DNA from: Takakia lepidozioides
Taxonomy: Eukaryota > Plantae > Bryophyta
Length of the DNA: 64,000 nucleotides
Assembly: GCA_030704615.1 (NCBI GenBank)
Contig: CM060732.1
Coordinates: forward strand, 65,782,001 to 65,846,000
Direction of reading: 5' to 3'
The position numbers and the translations under genes were made by a program. Below the pieces are notes generated by a model. That model ran no database searches, was not told where the DNA came from, and worked only from the letters and a program-made list of their open reading frames with translations. Of the stretch, positions 52,450 through 64,000 are shown one piece after another. Within the stretch, counting starts at the first letter, position 1; the number at the start of each line of letters is the position of its first letter.

Positions 52450-53116
52450 ATTGATTAGAACTGTCATTTCTCGGGTTATTCACAAACCCAAGTTTTGCCT
52501 TGATATATATATTTTTAATTAGCTATTCATACTTGTTGGTTCTTTTTTGTTGGTGTTTGAGTGACCCTTAGTGGGACATCTTCACCTCAATTCTTTTATA
52601 AAATCGGTGTAGAGACATACGACGTCGTAATGGAGTATAACAAATTTTGTTCGAGATGTAATTTTGAGCAGAAAAATCATGGTCGCAATGCATATAGTCT
52701 GACAAAAAAATGTCTCAATGTATAACTAGTGAGGAATAAGCTTCTTCAAACGATTGGGGTACATACAAAATAATCTTACATCTTGTTGTTCCTCCACACC
52801 CATTCAGATCCTGGCACATAAAAACAAACATCACATTGGCATGCCACTAAAATGAAATACGGAAGTATGCAAAGCTATCCACCTTAATAATATACCACCG
52901 TTCACTGCCGTCAAGTCCCTCCTCCCCTCCCCCACCCTCTGCCCCTTCGAGAGTATTGCCATAGTGTTGTTATAAGTTAGTGTTGACCAAGGCGTCCATT
53001 CTGCTCCTTTTGCTGGAGTGGTCTTTTCACCTCAGAGTATATAGCCATAGTGCTAGCAAGGCCTCTATTCTGCTCGTTTTGCCGTAGTGCCGCCAGCCCT
53101 TGCCCTCCTCCTCCTA

Positions 53117-53118
<2 letters not shown>

Positions 53119-53173
<55 letters not shown>
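53119..53173. repeat. (CT)n microsatellite
   Basis: Uninterrupted CT run. Shorter ones at ~31835, ~33031 and ~54988. Confidence 0.95.
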
Positions 53174-53176
<3 letters not shown>

Positions 53177-54983
53177 ATACTTGAATGTGGATATGTTCTT
53201 TGTAACAACACTCAAGAACTGCCTGATCCCTTCGTCTCCAGCATTGAACATATAGGGACATTTGATACTAATACATGATATCTTGAGCTAGGCCTTGTAG
53301 CAACAACATAATAGAGTATATGTGTACACCTTCTACATGATCCGGTCAATGTATATTGCTCTCTTAGCTGGTCTACTGTAGCCAATGCCTTGTATCAGCA
53401 TTAGGAAACCTGAAAATGAGAGGTTTGAGGACTTTTTTTTCTCTATTTCTTTCTTTAAATGTTGCTAAGATCTTTATAGACAACATTCAAGAATTGCCTG
53501 ATCCCGTTATTCCGTTCAGATTTTTTTGTCTAGAACAGAACGGGGAATTGGATAACGGGGATGACTCACTAGGATGACTCATGAGGGTGAGTCATTAGGG
53601 TTCACCCTAGAGGTCTTATCCTAAAGCTACTGCCCTATATGGTTAATATGCTTGGCCACTCTTCTCATTTGGAAGAGGAGCAGGCAAGAGCTGAAGGAGT
53701 TGACTACACTATGTCTACAAGCAAGGTATCCATTCAGACTCCTTCAACACTGTGATGGGCTGCTTAGGATGGAAACACAAAGAGAGTTGATACTATGAGG
53801 AACTTACATGGACTTGACTAAGCTCTACTCTGAATCTAGGAATACTCTTGCAAAACCAAGGGCTTATATATGTCCCCTTGCTTGAGTACTTGGTCTTCCT
53901 TTTGGGAATAGGTGCTTGTTGTCATGTTTACTTACATGGACATGAGGAGCTCTACTATGATTCTTTGAATACTTTTGCAAACCAAAGGCCTCTATGTGTC
54001 CCCTTGCTGAGTACTTAGCTCTAGTGACACCTTCCTTTTGGGAATAGGTGCCTACGGACATGAGACCATCCCCCCCTCCCTCTGGAGCATGGGCTGAAAT
54101 AGGTGCTACTGAGTTCTGTACCTATGTTGAATGGCTGAAAGGACCTCTCTTACCTCTCCTCTCTTTGCTAGTATGACTTGTTGCAGGGATGACATTGATA
54201 ACAAATGTGAAGGGGTTTAAGCCTAGGGTTCCACAGGGATCACTAACCTGTTGGTTGGTTGATTGGCTGTGATGGATCCAGGTGATGCCACTTCACCTTC
54301 TTTTGTTGCAGGAAATGCTACTAAGGGCAAGAGACTAAGGGAGTGAGGCTTTGAGCTCTCTCAAACCTCAAATCTGTTTGTATGTGTTGCTTATGTACAC
54401 ATACTATTGTTGTTTTTGCTTTGTTTGGTTTGATGGATCTACCTACATGAAAAGGAGTTGCGTTACCTTATGTGCATTTGATTGCCACTTTGTACACCTA
54501 AAACTGGTTTTCCAGCAAGGATATGTAAAGGGAGATATGGAGGCAAATAGTTTGATGGTGCCTAGAATTAGGCTGTATGATGTCGTTAAAAAGAGGCGAA
54601 CACAGCACATTGTGCTTAGTGTTTCCTTGTCTAGCTTTCCTTGTCTAGTTTTGTCTCTCTCTATCTCTCATACCACTTTCTCTTGGCTAGCCAGCTTCCC
54701 CAAGTCGCCGTTGGCGGCACTTGGGCACCATCTTGCAATCTAGAACCTTCATGTGCATTGCATGCATTCCATGTGGGTCCTATGCAATAGTCACTTTAAA
54801 GAATTTGCAATAGTCATGTGGGGCCCATGCAAATAGCCAACGTAATTCAGATGGCTAGATGTCTCGGCCCCTTTGCTTCATTTTATTTCTTGAACGATTG
54901 GGGCACTATGAGGGTTCCCACCCTGAAAAGGGGCAGTAGCCGCACGGCGAAGTGGCTCTTAGTTACGCCGGCTTCGGCCGGAG

Positions 54984-55025
<42 letters not shown>

Positions 55026-55805
55026 GGGGATATCAAATTTTTTTTCTTCCAATAATTCCAGGTAAGTTTCCCACTTGGTTATCCTTTTGAAGAACACCAA
55101 TTTTATTATAGGTAGTAATAGAATTACATGTACAGAAAATCCTATGTCTATCCTACATAATTGTTTCCATGGAAATATTGGACTATTGCCATGTTTTTGT
55201 GCTCATGCCTTCATTTTTCTATGCTCACGTAAGTAGTACGCATAGGTGACATGCTCACGTTCTACCAATCCCCACAAAGAATGAGCCATAATTTACGCGA
55301 CTAGCAACTTGTTTGGAGACCGTTTGTCCCATCATTGGCTTAGGTGGTCCAAGGTGAAACCCTCGAGGCATTGCATCCATTGTGGAATTTAGGCTGTAAT
55401 GCTTCATTTTGAATTTAGAAAGTCATTGGATTTTGGGACGGTGGGGTTAAGATAATAACTCGGCATTGAACCTTCGTTTGTTATGATAGTTTCACATATC
55501 TCGGAGCCATAGGGAAGTTATGTACCCACTGAGTGCCAAATAGTTATTTAATTTATTTTCTGAAACTTGAGCAACAGCTATAGGCCCTTTTGGAGGGACG
55601 GGGAAAAATTAAGCCCCTTTCTAGTACGCCACCATGACATATTTGCCGGGAGATGAAACTTAGGGGATTGATATGCCTATGCAAAGGAAGCCGGCCGGCG
55701 GCCACAATTTCCATGTGCATTAAATGTTTTTCCGAGTTAGCGTTTTCCATACTTGTGCGGCTGCTTATGGGGTATGTATCAACGAGCGGCACATGATGTA
55801 TAAGC

Positions 55806-56719
55806 CAGTGTTGTGCGGTTATTTGATTTTTTTTTATATCAGCCGGTCACATATGTTTAACTTTAACTTTGTGTTCACATCCTCCGGTTCCGGAATTTTG
55901 GAGCTTTCCTGTTTCTGATATCCCGCCGGTTGGTAAAAAGTACAAAATTGAACCCTATGCAGTTATGGACATATGAAATTTATGTCAGGATGGCCTTCGG
56001 CGGTTCAGTATCTGGTTATCACACACCATGTTTATTTTAATACAATAAAATAACCCAAACTTAAAAATCTAATGTATTAAAAATACTAATGAAAAAATAG
56101 TTACAATTATTAAAATATAGAACATAGAACATCCACAATCATCGCCTTTTCATAAATCCGACACCGCCCTTCATAACGTGATGAGCAGAGACAACCAGCA
56201 TGTAGCCCAGTGGTAATGGACACATACCACGTTGGATGTGGATGTGGGTTCAAACCACGGTCTAGTATGTCATGAAGGTGTCCACCTTTCAGCTGAAAGG
56301 TAGTAGCCCTTGTGGTGAAGTGACACCATAAGTTACGCCCTTTGGGAGGCGTCATACTTTTTTTTTTTGATGAGCAGAAATGAAATGCAACTCACGACTA
56401 TGACCCGCCTTGTTTATGTCGAGTGAACCCAATAACCGGCTATTATCCGGATTATAACCTCCAGTTTTAAATGCCGGATATATGGGTTCATAACCTGGTC
56501 TGCTTCTTTTGGACCATTAGTTCCAGTCCAAATCAAATAAGCAAAAATACAAAACCGCCGGTTCTCAACTGGATCCGGTTATCCCATCTCTTCATATCTG
56601 CCGGTTCTTAATGGAGGCGGATATTTGATTTTTTGACCTCCGGCAAATCCACATATATACGCATCCGAGTTGGGATCCGCCGGGGATTTGACGCTAAATC
56701 AAATATCCATGCAACACTG
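55806..56719. mobile_element. Non-autonomous hAT element
   Basis: TIRs CAGTGTTG...CAACACTG, with similarity extending to tatttgattt. Perfect 8-bp TSD GTATAAGC (55798-55805, 56720-56727). Many CCGG subterminal words. Confidence 0.93.
56190..56367 (+). mobile_element. tRNA-derived SINE with poly-T tail
   Basis: A box TAGCCCAGTGG, B box GGTTCAAACC, T-run tail and TSD TGATGAGCAGA (56179-56189, 56368-56378). The empty site is visible in the paralogous hAT at ~24490. Confidence 0.85.
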
Positions 56720-58056
56720 GTATAAGCCGGAGCCGGTGCTGGCCGATGAGACACAATGAGACATGGGTGGGACTTCCTAGGCACTTGAGATGTGCACTGC
56801 AACGTATTCACAAAGAGCATGTTAGTGACATTCTCACCTTTTCCTCGTATCATAGGAGCGATAATAACAAGATCACCGTCAATTACGATAGTTGTGCATG
56901 CAAGTACTCTCTGGTGATGAAACCTCGTAGTAAGCTCTTGCCGGAGTCAAGTATCTTTAGTAAGAATTCGTGTACATCGGTGCAGGCGATAGAGATTAGT
57001 CGGTGAGTACGGGTGGGCTTCATGACAACGCTGAAACTTTGAAGGGAAGATGGACCGAGGTGGCGCTTATAATAAGACGCTATATGCACGAAAATGGAAT
57101 GGTTGGATTGAAAGTCATCGGTACAAATGGCTAGAGTTTAGTTGATGCACATTCATAGATTATCTATGTTCATAGATCACTTCATAGATGTCACATCTCA
57201 GCAGTAATCTTTGTCAACAATAGCTTGTAGATACACGAGAGAACGAGGACCCAAGCTAGGATTCCCAAGGAGATGTTGTCATGTTTTATGAGTTCACTCA
57301 ATAGCTACCCCACAAATTTGGAGCTAAGAGTTGTCCACATAAACAACAAACCCAGAATCACAGATATAATACAGACATGTAACATATTGAATATTTATGA
57401 CCACAACATGATAACTGACAATCGATTTCTTAACTTAGGAACTTGATAGCAAATTATCAACAATATTTTATTGTTTCTGACTAGCTTGTGCCCATAAGAG
57501 AACAAGTATATAATCTTTAAAGGAGCTTGACTAATGGCCCACTGTTGCTCGTTCAAATGTGTACGAATTTTGCCAGCACTTGTTTGTGGATTCATTATAA
57601 CTTTCAATGCTCTAGTGGCCATGTGCCAATGTATACCAACTATACATTTTTCAAAAAAAGGGACAGTGGCCTTGGGCACTTTATTACGACATGCTATTGG
57701 AAGAAAAACAGAAGAAAAAACAACCTCCGGTAACCACGAAGGCTAAACAAGTGACGGCACAACCACTCGGAGTCCCATATTTCTACTAATAATAGTAGTT
57801 TTTAACTCACGGCTTGATGAATTTGTTTCTAATCATTTAAGGCATTTTATCTATTTAAATATAGAGTTGGCAATCTTAACTCTCACTCGGTATGGGACTT
57901 TATAGACGATTAAATAGAAACCTCAATTGCTAGTCAAGTTCCGGTGATGTCGCACCTAAAACCAATGTATGTCCATGTATTGTAGCTGATATTTACGAAT
58001 AGAGATTCACTTCATCTCATTTGCATACTTGTCAACTTGACGGTGCTCCATTGATC

Positions 58057-61000
58057 ATGGCAATGGCACGCCTCCTCACCACACCTACTGCACTACTCTC
58101 AAAGCCCCAACCATCTCTATTGGTGGTACCTACGTCAGGGGCGATCACGAGTCACAGCTTACATTTTGGCTCTTTTTGGAAAGTATTGTCTCAAGGTAGC
58201 ACACATAACTAGCTATTGCACTCGTGATGTGACCAACTGACTATGGTTGTAAATTGAAGAATGAGTATCACATAGGTCTACGTTATAATTGATCCATAGA
58301 GGTTCATGCATGCTTTACAAAATTTGCACTTCTGATCTTGTCAAATTTGTGTCCAAAACTAATACTATTGTGGTAGATGTGCTTATAGGATCCCCTCTGA
58401 TTGCTATCACTACTTGCCAATCTTCTCCAGCTCATGATGCACAACCAACGGTGATCGAGCTCAATGCCATTCAAACGACAGAAGAATTAGGTTTCTATCG
58501 TTGCTTTGTTATTCCAAATTGGAAACCACTTTTCGTAGCATGGAAAATCAGTAGTCAAGGTTTTAGACTAGTATTTAAAGTGGTCGCATATGTGCAATTA
58601 CAGTTAATATTATGTTTTCAAGATCCATGTTTTTGGTGGTACGCAGCTCCATCAAGTCGATACATTGACACGTCAACTAGGATTGCACCTGATATTTGGA
58701 AGTTAGAAATTGGTCAAGCTCTAAGCACAACACCATTGGTAAGTATTTATTTGCTTTAACATGCCAACATGTAAACTTTATTGTTTATATAATGTGGAAG
58801 AAAAATTTAGAGTCCTACGAAAGACTTACAACTAATGCTACTATAGTATATATATGAATAAAAGAAAATCAATATAATCATGCAAGTAATCATGGAACTT
58901 GGTCCCAACTCAACTCATGTTATGGGTGAACTGAATTTACAATTGATTCTTGATGTCCAGACAACTAAAGATACCGAAACGATGAGCAATTGGATAGAGT
59001 GTATACGCGAGAAGCTGAGAACAATGCTCTCTGGAGATGGTGAAATAAATGAATCAGCATATGATACAGCATGGGTGGCACGTGTGCCATCATTGTCAGG
59101 AGCACAACAACCTGAATTTCCTAAAGCGTTGGAATGGGTGTTGGAAAATCAATATGTTGATGGATCTTGGGGGGATGGTGCTTGTTTCTTACTATATGAC
59201 AGAATATGTCACACATTATCATGCATCCTCACTCTCAAATCTTGGGATGTTGGTAGCGAGAATATCCTACGAGGTATTTATGCAATTTTGATTATAATGA
59301 AGCAGCTATCTTTCCATTGAGTCCACTATATAGTTTCACTTGAGACACATATATTCTTTGTGGATTTTGAGGTTAAGTATGACCATTCATTCGTTTGACG
59401 ATTATATTAAACGAAGAATTGTTAACAAATGGAAACATGATGTACAATCTCTACTCGCAGGCGTCGATTTCATATGGAAGCACATTGACGAACTTTCTAA
59501 AGAAGAGATAGCACATATGCCAATTGGATTTGAACTCGTTTTTCCCACAATGTTGGAAGAGGCTAAACAGATGGAGCTCGACCTTCCGTATACAACTCCG
59601 TTTATTGAAATCATTACGAATGAGATGAAGAAGAAATTGCAACGGTGAGTTATTCAACTCTGTTGATTCACACGAGTATTCCGCACATTACGTATTTAAT
59701 TGTACAAAGAGTTGTATTGTGGTTTGTATCAGAATTCCAATTGACATGCTCCACCAACATCCTACAACTATGCTACACTCACTAGAGGGCATTCAAAATC
59801 TTGTTGATTGGCCGAAAATCATGCGCTTCCAGCAAGAAGATGGATCATTGATGTGCTCTCCAGCCTCGACTGCAGTTGCTTTGATGCACACTGGTGATAG
59901 GAAATGTCGGGACTACTTGAGCAACCTTCTCAAGAAATTTGGAAACGCTGGTACAAAATCTTCCTTTGATATGTTTACTTGAAAACCTTATGAGTAATTA
60001 TTGATTGATTTTTTATCTTTTATTTTTATATTGTCACTCAACATAGTGTATTCCATTCTCATGCTTGTATACTATTGTACTCATGCAAGATGCTTCAAAT
60101 AAAAAGAATGTGAACACATTGCCGAAGCATGATGGTGCCACTTAAACCTGAAAGGTTACTAGGGAGTGTCTATGGAATTTGACCCTTAGTGGTTATGGCA
60201 CGAGGTCACTTTACAAGTGGTCATGGGTTCAAAGCCACATATGTGTATGTTGGATGTCACACATTATAACCAATCTAGCTACGAAAAAAGGAAATAGGTG
60301 GGTCAACTGTTCATACCTTATGTTTGAGTACCTAAGGACTTTCGAGCCATTGGGGGGAGGTTTGGGCAACCGTATTGGGCCCCAATTACAGCCATTGGAA
60401 GGGAGTAGCCCTTCGATGTAAACTGTTTCTCATTAGTCTTCTTCTACAACTCATATGCGAATAAAAATGTACATTCATAATTTGGTGGCACTATTTACCT
60501 GATTATCCTCAATCATCTGCTTCTCCTATTCATGTGCTTAGGTCAATCGGCGCTAAAATCAAACTTTGTTGTTATCACTTGTAACACTTTAGTTTTAAGT
60601 ATTTGTGACGTTTTTACCGTGGATACGGATGATTGCAGTACCAACAATATATCCAATTGATATTTATCATCACCTTTGGGTCATTGATACTTTGGAGCGT
60701 CTTGGAATATCCCATCATTTCCAAAATGAAATTGTGAATACACTCGACTTCATTTACAGGTTGAACATTCTGTTGTTTGGTTGGTTTGACAAATTCATCT
60801 TTCAATGTCTCTTGCAACTTGGTTACTCTTATATGTTAAGTAGATATAAAGTTAGAAATGGATATGAAAAGCAATCAACAACACAAATATACAAACAACT
60901 GATCGTACATATAAAGTAAGATAGAGACAAAACTTTGGGATGATAGAAGAGGCTAAGAGAGCCAACTCTTATAGAAAACAACATAAAAAAATTGGGAGAT

Positions 61001-62348
61001 TAAATTCATCAAAGATGTATGCATTGGACTTTGCTCATAGTCCCAAAACGACAAAAAAATTAAAATTAAAATTAAAAAAAATCTCGAATCCAATCTTAAA
61101 ACCATACTCTTGGACACGAGTCTTTGTAGCTCCATTGCCTTTGTTCCAATTATACTTCTCATTACATCGTCACATCATAGCCAAAACAAAAGCTATCTAT
61201 TAATCTCAATCTATTAAATAAATTAATGATATTGATATATAGATTAAAATGGTAGTGTGCACATTATGGGTTATCTTATCTTATTTCTAATGTCACTACT
61301 TGTGTATGAATCAGATATTGGAGTGATGTAAAAGGGATTGGATGGACCAAGAATCTATCTGTTGAAGATATTGACGACACGTCTATGGCTTTTCGGCTCC
61401 TCAGACAACACGGTTACAATGTGTCATCTGGTATATAATATATATAGTCTTACATCCATAATTGTTGCACTAAGGTATAATATTTATCCTATATTTTTTA
61501 CTATAGCTTACTACATTAACATATACGCAATCAGATATATTAGCTTGATTGAATCGTGCTCTTAACTTGAGATCAATGTGTTATCTATAGTATCACATTG
61601 ACCAATACAAACCAGCTATGAATTGCGCATCTATCACATGATCTGGTTCTTATCACCCGCAATATACGTAGCGATGGGATGGAATAATGTGAGTAAATCT
61701 ATTATTTGTCTATTATTTATCATGGGCTTCGTCAAAATTATGAAATGATGTTATTTGTTATAGGCAACTATTTTATTAGTTGCATGCCTTGTATAATATG
61801 GTAGAATATGATATGTTTCATGACATTTGTCAAGTTGGTCCATGTACTAGGTTGTTAACAATTGAAGTGTATGATTTTGCAGAGGCATTCAAGCAATTCA
61901 ACCAACATGGACAATATTGTTGTTTCGTGTGGCAAACTAGACAAGGAGTTAGTGACATGTTAACTCTCTACCGCGCTTCACAGATAGCATGTCCAAATGA
62001 AGTTGTTTTGAAGGAGGGTGGAGCGTTCGCAATACATTTCCTAAATGACAAACTTTCAATAAATAAAGGCTCTGCTGATAAATGGTGTCTGAAGAAAGAC
62101 CTTCCTGGCGAGGTGAGATCAGTTTCCTACGATATTGATATTGATCATCATTTATACAATTTTATCGCTGCATTGTTGTGGATGTCCATAACAAATTAAT
62201 GGAGAGCATTGACTTATTAGGTGAGCTACGCGCTTCGATATCCATACCACAAAAGTTTGCCTCTTATTGATATCAAAAGCTACATCAATAAATATGGAGT
62301 TGACGATGCTTGGATTGGCAAAACGTTGTACAGGTATGTTTGTACTCT

Positions 62349-62383
<35 letters not shown>

Positions 62384-63962
62384 TGGGTGTATCTTGTATT
62401 GTATTGTATTGTGTACATGTTTTCTTCTTGTACGCGTTTACTGTCATTATATAAAGCTTAAATAATCATCCATTGGCTATAATGACGTGTTGTTATGGTC
62501 AAATATCTCAGATTACCATTGGTGAACAACCGGATGTATCTTGACCTCGCCAAAGCGGAATACAATGCGCATCAATCAATTTTTCGAGCTGAGATTGATA
62601 TAATACTAAGGTAATATTTTCCTCCATCAATTATTTATTTGTGCCTTGAAAAAAATTTCTCTCTTGCGATTTCATAAATGTCTTCTACTTCAAATACAGC
62701 TGGTACAAAGCGACAGGAATGGCACAACTCTCATTTGTCCGCCACAGACCAATCGAAGTATTTTATTCCATTGCGGCAAATTTATATGAAGCAGAATTTT
62801 CAGCAGTAAGGCTATACTGGACCAGATGTGCAATCTTGACATACGTTCTGGATGACTTATTCGACAATCATGCCAGTATCCCGGATCTGCAAATTTTTGT
62901 AGATTCATTAATCAGGTTTGATCTCCATAATCTCTGCTAAAGACTTGTGTTTGCAAAGAACTTGACTTTTATAATTAAATACCTCTTTTGAATTATGGAC
63001 AAGAATGACGTGTAATTTGGGTTGTTCAATTATAGGTGGGATATAAATCTGGTGCAGCATGCTCTTCCCGATGAATTAAAAGTTTGTTTTATGGCTTTGT
63101 ACAACGAGACGAACAATGTTATCAAAATGGCTTCAAACTCTCCACACAAGGATGAGACCATTGTATATATTCGACAAGTGGTGAGTATAAACACTGACCT
63201 ACAACCAATCTTTTGATTTTATCTTACGTCTTAATTTCATGACCATTCACATAAGGTTCACTATTAACCATATATTTTGCAATTACAGTGGGAAAGACTT
63301 TTGAAAGCGTATCTTGTCGAAGCTGAGTGGATGTCACAAAATATAACATCAACCTCCAAGGAATACAAGAAAGTTGCTATTTTCTCAGCTGCCGTGGAAC
63401 CAACAGTGATGACTGCATCATTTGCCTCCGGAGTGTTGATGAACAACTCCATACTCTTTCAATTAGATATGCGCGGAAAAGCCATGCAATACATCTCATA
63501 TTCTGCACGTCTCCTCAATGACATCGCGACTTATGCGGTATGCAACAAATTCATAATAGTCTCAGTACAGTTATCATGCATGCTATTGTGTACATAAGGT
63601 TCAATATGTTTTTCCGATAGCCAATGGCACACTCATTTTATAAACAATTATCCAACTTGTCAAAATTGTTGCAGTATGAGCGACGAGTCGGCAAATGCAA
63701 TAGTATTTCATGCTACATGAATGAAAATTCTAATGCGACTGAGGAGATGGCGGTTGCGAATTTTCAAGCGGAGCTTGATCACTTGCGGGAGCAAATCAAT
63801 TCGGAGATGATGAAACTTACAGTTCCGGATGTTTGCAAGCGCATACTGTTCAGTATGTATCGTGCGTTTAATCATTTCTATGACTGTGGCACAGATGCAG
63901 TGACAGCCAATACAGAAATACAATATTTTGTTCGACAAACACTATTCGAGCCTATTGATTGA
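58057..63962 (+). CDS. Bifunctional class II/class I diterpene synthase (CPS/KS-like), 15 exons, ~882 aa
   Basis: Exons 58057-58195, 58389-58490, 58623-58738 (alternative acceptor 58647), 58961-59273, 59461-59644, 59733-59950, 60639-60759, 61315-61430, 61883-62112, 62221-62333, 62512-62610, 62700-62915, 63036-63180, 63289-63537, 63675-63962. All GT-AG and phase-compatible (2649 nt). Motifs SAYDTAWVA, QYVDGSWG, LHSLEG, DIDD, DDLFD and RLLNDIAT; Ser/Thr-rich N-terminus resembling a transit peptide. Confidence 0.93.
60178..60245 (+). mobile_element. Possible degenerate SINE head in diterpene synthase intron 6
   Basis: tgacccttagtgg (A-box-like) and gggttcaaagcc (B-box-like) at tRNA-like spacing; no TSD located. 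Confidence 0.35.
62351..62381. repeat. (AT)n microsatellite, intronic
   Basis: AT run in intron 10 of the diterpene synthase. Another lies at ~19565. Confidence 0.95.
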
Positions 63963-64000
63963 TGTGCACTAGAATGACAAACCTTCATTAACCCAATGGT

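Noticed and set aside
53200-54060. Short direct duplications (ACAACAYTCAAGAAYTGCCTGATCCC twice; a ~120-bp unit twice)
   Set aside because: Probably an LTR or TE remnant, but boundaries could not be defined.

Overview
Eukaryotic nuclear DNA with spliceosomal introns. It is most likely from a non-seed land plant; this is inferred from gene and TE content and is not proven. The window is dominated by nested transposon debris. (1) 1-13.7 kb: a degenerate CACTA transposase, followed by repeated fragments of what looks like an OSB-type PDF-motif + PLS-PPR gene. These include a ~127-bp PPR-derived tandem array split by a non-autonomous CACTA element (5962-10873, TSD ATT) that carries the same gene's exons. 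(2) 15.9-24.8 kb: a LINE RT fragment, a ~690-bp tandem triplication, a piggyBac-like transposase relic and a truncated hAT copy. (3) 26.5-27.9 kb: an intact three-exon gene for a 115-aa protein. (4) 32.0-33.3 kb: an orphan three-exon fragment of an NTMC2T5-like SMP/C2 gene. (5) 35-52.2 kb: a Crypton-like tyrosine-recombinase gene with a copia (TSD GGTTG) and an L1/Tx1 LINE (TSD TTACT) inserted. The LINE carries a chromovirus (TSD GCAAG), and a ~9.9-kb inversion (~39408-49345) scrambled the copia and LINE; all three TSDs and the reading frames re-join on reconstruction. (6) 55.8-56.7 kb: a hAT element (8-bp TSD) holding a T-tailed SINE. (7) 58.1-64.0 kb: an intact 15-exon bifunctional class II/class I diterpene synthase whose active-site residues differ from gibberellin-pathway CPS/KS. 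All family assignments come from motif recognition by eye; no database search was run.
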